From NCBI GenBank assembly GCA_016935615.1, contig JAFGQO010000052.1, positions 30,175 to 94,174 on the forward strand: a stretch of DNA of 64,000 bases, in the 5' to 3' direction. Made by a program: the position numbers and the translations under genes. The stretch's first letter is position 1; every line of letters begins with the position of its first letter. This stretch comes from Bacteroidales bacterium (lineage in GTDB: Bacteria > Bacteroidota > Bacteroidia > Bacteroidales > UBA10428). The notes beneath the pieces are model-generated. The model did no database searches and was not told the DNA's origin. It saw only the letters and a program-made list of their open reading frames with translations. This document shows positions 58,288-64,000 of the stretch, one piece after another.

Positions 58288-58887
58288 ATGAAAAAGAGGA
58301 TATCCATATTCTTTGTATTCTGTTTTCTGTTTGCATTTATGATAAAAGCACAGGATTACAGTGAGTTAACAAATGAAAATGTTTTTCATATTGTAGTCAT
58401 TGAAGGAGATACCATATATATTTCAAGCATTGATGAAGTAATCATATTTCCAAAACCTAAATTTAATTCAAAACGTCAATGGAGAAAATACTACCGTCTG
58501 ATAAAACATATTAAAAAGGTTTATCCGTTAGTTAAAGCTGCCGGAGAAAAGTATGATTCCATATCGGCTAAAATGATGAGCCTTTCAACAGAAAAGCAGA
58601 AAAGAATATATATAAAACTGGCCGAAAAAGAAATTATGGAGGAATATGAGGACGATATAAGAAATCTTACGATAACCCAGGGAAGAATTCTATTAAAACT
58701 TATCGATCGTGAAATTGGTGAAACTTCTTATGATTTACTGAAAGAACTCAAAAGCTCCTTCACCGCTTTCTTCTGGCAAACTATTGCCCGAATTTTTGGA
58801 CAGAACCTGAAAAGTGAATTTGATGCAGAAGGTGAAGACAGACTGATAAATGAAATTATGATCCTAATGGAAAACGGGCAATTGTGA
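58288..58887 (+). CDS. Secreted hypothetical protein (DUF4294-like)
   Basis: Signal peptide. The conserved-looking LT..QG..L.KLIDRE.G.TSY.L.KE......AFFWQ..A..FG..LK is as recalled for DUF4294. Confidence 0.45.
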   Translation: MKKRISIFFVFCFLFAFMIKAQDYSELTNENVFHIVVIEGDTIYISSIDEVIIFPKPKFNSKRQWRKYYRLIKHIKKVYPLVKAAGEKYDSISAKMMSLSTEKQKRIYIKLAEKEIMEEYEDDIRNLTITQGRILLKLIDREIGETSYDLLKELKSSFTAFFWQTIARIFGQNLKSEFDAEGEDRLINEIMILMENGQL

Positions 58888-58916
58888 TCATAAAATAATT
58901 TCTTACTCTCTTCAAT

Positions 58917-59480
58917 ATGCAGCGATTGTTTATCGGGATAAAAATTACCTGCCCTGAGAGTATTATCAATCTTCAGGAACAACTTCAACATCTGTTGCAA
59001 AGAAGTACAATTAAATGGGTTGAGCCTGATAACTTTCATTTGACAATGAAGTTCCTTGGTGATGTGGAATCCCATATAATTACGCCTCTTATCCAGGTTC
59101 TTGAACATCTTGCTCCAAAATTCAATCAATTTGTCTTGCAATCTGATGGTTTGGGAACTTTTGGAAAATCAAATAATCCACATATAATATGGTATGGATT
59201 CAAGGAAAACCCAATTTTATCTTTCTTACAGGCTACAATTGAAAAAACCTTACATCAACTTGGTTTTGAATCGGATGAAAAAAAGTTCTCACCTCATTTG
59301 ACGCTGGGCAGAATAAAATTTCTTGTTGAAAGAAAAGAATTGGCACTGTTTCTTCAGAAACAAGATCATATCCCTGATCATTATCAAATACAAAATTTTC
59401 AACTTGTTGAAAGTATCCTGAAAAAAGAAGGTCCGGTCTATAAAACCATTAAGTCTTTTCAGTTAAACAAAAATAATTAA
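58917..59480 (+). CDS. thpR: RNA 2',3'-cyclic phosphodiesterase (2H phosphoesterase, LigT/ThpR)
   Basis: It has the two H-x-T-x motifs, FHLTMKFLG and PHLTLGRI, with the expected spacing. Confidence 0.75.
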   Translation: MQRLFIGIKITCPESIINLQEQLQHLLQRSTIKWVEPDNFHLTMKFLGDVESHIITPLIQVLEHLAPKFNQFVLQSDGLGTFGKSNNPHIIWYGFKENPILSFLQATIEKTLHQLGFESDEKKFSPHLTLGRIKFLVERKELALFLQKQDHIPDHYQIQNFQLVESILKKEGPVYKTIKSFQLNKNN

Positions 59481-59509
59481 GGAATCGCCTGTATATCAAT
59501 CGGATGGTT

Positions 59510-60925
59510 TTACATTCCTTTACCCTTGAATATAATAAGGAAGGTATAGATTAATATTTTCAAATCAACATAAAGAGACATATTCTCAATATACAACAGA
59601 TCATATTTCATACGTTTAACCATCTGATCTACATTTTCTGCATAACCATATTTAACCTGACCCCAGGAAGTAATGCCTGGTTTAACTTTTAGCAATTGTA
59701 TATAATGGGGCGCTCTTTTCATAATTTGATGAATGAAATATTCTCTTTCAGGTCGTGGTCCGACCAATGACATATCGCCCTTAAGTACATTAATGAAATT
59801 TGGAATTTCATCGAGTCTTGATTTTCTCATAAAGCGTCCAAAAGGTGTTACTCTCTGATCATCTTTTGAAGACAATTCCGGGCCGTTAACTTCCGCATTT
59901 ATATACATCGAACGAAATTTATAAATAATAAATGGCCTTCCGTTCTTTCCAATACGCTTTTGCCTGTATAAAATAGGACCATTTGAAGAAAGTTTAACTC
60001 CCAAAGTAAGTATTAACAGAAGGGGAGATAATATTATTAAGGCAAGCAAGGATACGATTATATCAAAAAAATATTTTAAGTTTTCTTGCCAGGCTGGCAT
60101 TAGATGATGCGAAATTTCTATCAGAGGCGTACCAAAAATTGCAGACATTTTTACCTTGCCGGTGAAAATTTCATACATCCCGGGAATTGTTTTAATTGCA
60201 ACATTACTATCAATCAATAAATTCAATATACTCTCAATCCTGTCATGTTCTGTATACTCAAGAGCAATAATTACTTCACTGACTTTATATTTTCGAATGA
60301 TCTCCTTTACATCATCAATGGATCCCAAATGCTTTAATTTAGAGGCAAGAAGAAATTCATTTCCCTCATTAACATTTACAAAACCAACGAATATATTTCC
60401 TGTTCCCTGCTTTTGATTTGATATTTCTTCATAGGTTTCAACAGCTTTATCATTTCCTCCGATCAGAATTGTATTAAATCCTAATTTTCTCTTGTGGATC
60501 TTCTTTGTAATATCTGTAGTAATAATTAATCTGGGAAGATAGGTCAGTACAAAATGAAAGAGATATAATGCAATAAATGATCTATAATAGTTCGAATAAT
60601 TCACAATAACATCATCCAATATTAATCCGAAAAAAAGTACCAAAACACCTATGAATGTGATTCTCATGGTAAACCAGAGTTCTGCTAATCTTGATTTTCT
60701 GAATACTTCCCTGTAGTAACCCGAAGCATAATATAACAATATCCAAAATAAAGGGATTAAAACCAATCCGAGATAAAATCTTGTTCCAAATTCAATAGGT
60801 ATTGAATATCCGAACTTCAGAGGTTCAATATATAGTTTCCTGTAAACATAAAAACAAGCCCAGGCCAGAGAGGCTGACAACAGATCAGATATAATATACT
60901 TAAATAGCTGTAAATTTCGATTCAT
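59510..60925 (-). CDS. Undecaprenyl-phosphate hexose-1-phosphate transferase (bacterial sugar transferase, WbaP/WcaJ-like)
   Basis: 471 aa with N-terminal TMs. The C-terminal Bac_transf domain is R.G..G..F...KFRSM.......G.......D.R.T..G...R...LDE.P...NVL.G.MSLVGPRP. Confidence 0.85.
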   Translation of the reverse strand: MNRNLQLFKYIISDLLSASLAWACFYVYRKLYIEPLKFGYSIPIEFGTRFYLGLVLIPLFWILLYYASGYYREVFRKSRLAELWFTMRITFIGVLVLFFGLILDDVIVNYSNYYRSFIALYLFHFVLTYLPRLIITTDITKKIHKRKLGFNTILIGGNDKAVETYEEISNQKQGTGNIFVGFVNVNEGNEFLLASKLKHLGSIDDVKEIIRKYKVSEVIIALEYTEHDRIESILNLLIDSNVAIKTIPGMYEIFTGKVKMSAIFGTPLIEISHHLMPAWQENLKYFFDIIVSLLALIILSPLLLILTLGVKLSSNGPILYRQKRIGKNGRPFIIYKFRSMYINAEVNGPELSSKDDQRVTPFGRFMRKSRLDEIPNFINVLKGDMSLVGPRPEREYFIHQIMKRAPHYIQLLKVKPGITSWGQVKYGYAENVDQMVKRMKYDLLYIENMSLYVDLKILIYTFLIIFKGKGM

Positions 60926-61085
60926 GTCAGGTGAGAAATTCTTCCTTAAAAATCAAGACAAATATAGAAATAATGTTATACTCTTACTTGAATAATTACT
61001 GAATTCCGTTTTTTCATTTTTTATCCATATTATATGATTAAGATTCGTTTATTTTACAAAATTTTCCGAACATGATTTAATACCA

Positions 61086-61727
61086 ATGGAAGATACCTAT
61101 CTGCATAAAGGATTACGTAAAAAACTGGTAGATGAAATCAATAAAAAAGGGATCAATGATCAAAGAGTTCTTGATGCTATAAATCAGGTTCCGCGGCATT
61201 TGTTCATGGATAGTAGTTTTATTCATTTTGCATACAAAGATCAGGCCTTCCCAATTGCTGCCAATCAAACCATTTCTCAACCCTTTACAGTTGCATTCCA
61301 AACTCAGTTATTAAACATTCAGAAAAGTGATAAAGTCCTTGAGGTAGGCACAGGCTCAGGCTATCAGGCTGCTGTGCTTATCGCAATGGGCGCCAATGTA
61401 TATACCATTGAACGGTTTAAAGTATTGAAGATGAAGGCACAGAATCTTTTGCCCAAATTGGGTTATCATCCACATTTCTTTTATGGTGACGGGTACGAAG
61501 GATTGCCCACTTATGCTCCATTTGATAAAATAATTATTACTGCAGCTGCTGCTGAAGTTCCAAAAAAACTCATGGAACAACTGAAAGTTCATGGAAGGAT
61601 GGTCTTGCCTTTAGGCAATAATACCTCACAGACAATGACATTAATTGAAAGAAGTTCAGAACATGATTACAATAAAACAGAACATGGCTTATTTGTATTT
61701 GTTCCCATGTTAAAAGGAAAAGTATAA
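61086..61727 (+). CDS. pcm: Protein-L-isoaspartate O-methyltransferase
   Basis: 213 aa. The motifs are RH.F........AY.D.A.PI...QTISQP, VLE.GTGSGYQAAVL and D.I..TAA. Confidence 0.88.
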   Translation: MEDTYLHKGLRKKLVDEINKKGINDQRVLDAINQVPRHLFMDSSFIHFAYKDQAFPIAANQTISQPFTVAFQTQLLNIQKSDKVLEVGTGSGYQAAVLIAMGANVYTIERFKVLKMKAQNLLPKLGYHPHFFYGDGYEGLPTYAPFDKIIITAAAAEVPKKLMEQLKVHGRMVLPLGNNTSQTMTLIERSSEHDYNKTEHGLFVFVPMLKGKV

Positions 61728-61745
61728 TAACAATAGACCAAAAAA

Positions 61746-62384
61746 ATGATTGCAATTAAAAGTTTCGTTTTCAATTCCTTTCAGGAAAATACATACGTTC
61801 TGTCAGATGCTTCAAATGATTGTATTATCATTGATCCCGGAATCAGTTCAGAACCGGAAGAGAAAAAATTTGTTGAATATATTGCGAATAACGGATTGAA
61901 TCCGAAAGCTATTTATAACACACATTGTCATGTTGATCACGTGCTTGGTTGTCAACGAATTATAAATTTATATGACATCCCGTTTTATGCTCATGAATCA
62001 GAAAAAATAGTACTTGAAGGAGCTACAACTTTTGCGGAGTTTTTTGGTATGCGTATTGATCAGCCTCCATTTCCGGATAATACCATATCTGAAAATGACA
62101 AACTAATCTTCGGAGAATCAGAATTAACGATTTATCATATTCCCGGACATTCACCGGGGAGTCTTGTTTTTTATAATGAAGAAAATCACTTACTAATAAC
62201 AGGTGATGTATTATTCAAAGGAAGTATCGGCAGAACAGATCTTCCGGGAGGCAATTATAATCAACTTATCCAGGGTATCAAAACAAAACTTATGCCACTG
62301 CCGGGAGAAACTGTTGTATATCCGGGACATGGACCTGCTTCCACTATTCGATACGAATATGATACAAATCCTTTTTTATTCTAA
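61746..62384 (+). CDS. MBL-fold metallo-hydrolase (glyoxalase II-like)
   Basis: THCHVDH (HxHxDH), HIPGHSPGS and GD.LF..S.GR.D are present. Confidence 0.85.
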   Translation: MIAIKSFVFNSFQENTYVLSDASNDCIIIDPGISSEPEEKKFVEYIANNGLNPKAIYNTHCHVDHVLGCQRIINLYDIPFYAHESEKIVLEGATTFAEFFGMRIDQPPFPDNTISENDKLIFGESELTIYHIPGHSPGSLVFYNEENHLLITGDVLFKGSIGRTDLPGGNYNQLIQGIKTKLMPLPGETVVYPGHGPASTIRYEYDTNPFLF

Positions 62385-62429
62385 AAGCAATTGGCTATTT
62401 TAAAAATATTTGATTTAAAAAATTATACT

Positions 62430-64000
62430 ATGTCAGCTGATAAATTCATGAACCGCCATATTGGGCCCTGTAAAAATGAGATTCCGGAAATGCTTTTAAA
62501 AATTGGCGTAAATAGCCTTGAAGAACTTATTGATAAAACCGTACCTTCAAATATACGAATGAAAAATCCTCTCAATCTTCCTGATGGAATTTCAGAATAC
62601 GAATATCTTAAAAAGATCAGGCACATTGCATCAAAAAATAAAGTGTATAAGTCATATATTGGTGCAGGTTTTTACAATACAATTTTCCCTGCTGTTATTC
62701 AGAGAAATATTCTCGAAAATCCGGGTTGGTATACATCATATACTCCTTATCAGGCAGAAATATCCCAGGGCAGACTTGAAGCATTGCTGAATTTTCAAAC
62801 AGCAATTGCAGATTTAACATCTATGGAAATCGCTAATGCATCACTATTGGATGAATCAACTGCTGCGGCAGAAGCCATGACAATGCTATTTAACGTCAGA
62901 ACCAAACAACAGGGAGAACAAAAAAAAGTGAAATACTTTGTTGATTCGGATGTTTTTCCTCAAACCCTGGAAGTACTTCAAACCCGTGCAGAACCTTTTG
63001 GAATAGAACTTGTGATTGACTCTTATGAGAACATACAGCTGAATCATACATTCTTTGGAATATTCTTAGCCTATCCATCCGGAAAGGGAGAAATTAGAAA
63101 TTATTCGGAAATTATTGCAAAAGCTCATTCTTTTGATTGTGGTGTATCAGTATCCGCTGATCTTTTAAGTCTGGCAATTCTGACTCCTCCCGGAGAATGG
63201 GGAGCAGATGTAGTCGTTGGTTCGGCTCAGCGCTTTGGCCTGCCCATGGGATTTGGCGGACCTCATGCAGCATTTTTTGCCACAAAAGAAAGATACAAAA
63301 GGTATATTCCCGGAAGAATTATAGGTGTATCAAAGGATAAACATGAGAGAATTGCTCTGCGTATGGCTCTTCAAACACGCGAACAGCATATCAAAAGAGA
63401 AAAAGCCACTTCAAATATTTGTACTGCCCAGGCTCTGTTGGCTACTATGGCAGGAATGTATGCCGTATACCATGGTGCCGAAGGTCTTGAAAGAATCGCT
63501 TTACACTGTCACCAAACTGCCGGCACCTTAGAGAAGACACTCATAAAATTAGGTTACAAACAATTGAATAAAGATTTTTTCGATACTTTAAAAGTGCAGC
63601 TTCCAGAAAACATTGCTCAACGCACTATTCAAATTCAGGCATTGGAAAGAAAAATCAACCTCAGGTATTTCAGTGACAATTCAATTGGTATAAGTACAGA
63701 TGAAACAACCAATCTGGAAGATCTTAACAAACTTATTGAAGTTTTTGCATCTGCAATGGAAAAACCTTTTGCCGAACTGAAACAAACTGAGAATAAGATC
63801 CATTTTCATTTAAATTTCAGACGAAAAAGTCCATTCCTTAAATCAGAAATATTCTCAAAGTACCACTCGGAAACTGAAATGATGCGATACATTAAAAATC
63901 TTGAGCGTAAAGATCTTTCTCTTACAGATTCAATGATTTCGTTGGGCTCATGCACAATGAAACTGAATGCTGCAATCGAGCTTTTGCCTCTTACCTGGCC
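62430..64000 (+). CDS. gcvP: Glycine dehydrogenase (decarboxylating), glycine cleavage P protein; 3' end outside the window (absent from the ORF track because no stop is reached)
   Basis: My own translation from the ATG at 62430 gives MSADKFMNRHIGP...SYIGAGFYNT..P.VI.RNILENPGWYTSYTPYQAEISQGRLEALLNFQT.I.DLT.MEIANASLLDE.TAAAEAM. The frame stays open to base 64000. Confidence 0.9.
   Translation, partial: MSADKFMNRHIGPCKNEIPEMLLKIGVNSLEELIDKTVPSNIRMKNPLNLPDGISEYEYLKKIRHIASKNKVYKSYIGAGFYNTIFPAVIQRNILENPGWYTSYTPYQAEISQGRLEALLNFQTAIADLTSMEIANASLLDESTAAAEAMTMLFNVRTKQQGEQKKVKYFVDSDVFPQTLEVLQTRAEPFGIELVIDSYENIQLNHTFFGIFLAYPSGKGEIRNYSEIIAKAHSFDCGVSVSADLLSLAILTPPGEWGADVVVGSAQRFGLPMGFGGPHAAFFATKERYKRYIPGRIIGVSKDKHERIALRMALQTREQHIKREKATSNICTAQALLATMAGMYAVYHGAEGLERIALHCHQTAGTLEKTLIKLGYKQLNKDFFDTLKVQLPENIAQRTIQIQALERKINLRYFSDNSIGISTDETTNLEDLNKLIEVFASAMEKPFAELKQTENKIHFHLNFRRKSPFLKSEIFSKYHSETEMMRYIKNLERKDLSLTDSMISLGSCTMKLNAAIELLPLTW

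Noticed and set aside
62385-62429. A glycine riboswitch upstream of gcvP
   Set aside because: Only 45 nt separate the upstream stop from the gcvP ATG, which is too short for a glycine aptamer.

Overview
This is a 64-kb window from an AT-rich Bacteroidota-type chromosome. The taxon call rests on SusD and TonB-dependent receptor genes, a T9SS C-terminal sorting domain, a type III glutamine synthetase and Bacteroidota-typical DUF proteins. Most of the window is ordinary housekeeping or metabolic coding sequence on both strands: a mannoside-utilisation cluster, two convergent glutamine synthetases, two-component sensors, folE, purM-like, prfA, pyrF, rpsO-pnp, sucC, arcA, pcm, and gcvP running off the 3' edge.

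The accessory part lies at about 23.1-38.1 kb.
(i) A 1400-aa T9SS-secreted papain-like peptidase has FISUMP domains nested inside Ig-like modules.
(ii) A complete type II-C CRISPR-Cas9 locus lies on the minus strand. It has 32 identical 36-nt repeats plus one degenerate terminal repeat (27581-29767), a leader, cas2, cas1 and cas9, with a divergent tracrRNA at about 36603-36688.
(iii) A REP-like palindrome family and its Y1 (RAYT/IS200-like) transposase sit inside that cas operon. There are six palindromes in 1.8 kb. One is in-frame inside cas1 and one is in-frame inside the transposase gene itself.
(iv) Base composition breaks sharply between cas9 (very AT-rich) and cas1-cas2 (GC-rich).
(v) An adjacent tRNA-Phe gene carries a roughly 440-bp GIY-YIG cassette bounded by a duplicated tRNA 3' half.

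Several small repeat families sit at convergent gene junctions and at the decayed end of the CRISPR array: GC-rich hairpin elements, MITE-like elements and a cluster of 8-bp/3-nt-loop hairpins.

All protein-family calls come from motif recognition by eye. No database search, folding program or genome-wide count was available, and the GC figures are hand counts on a few 60-nt lines.
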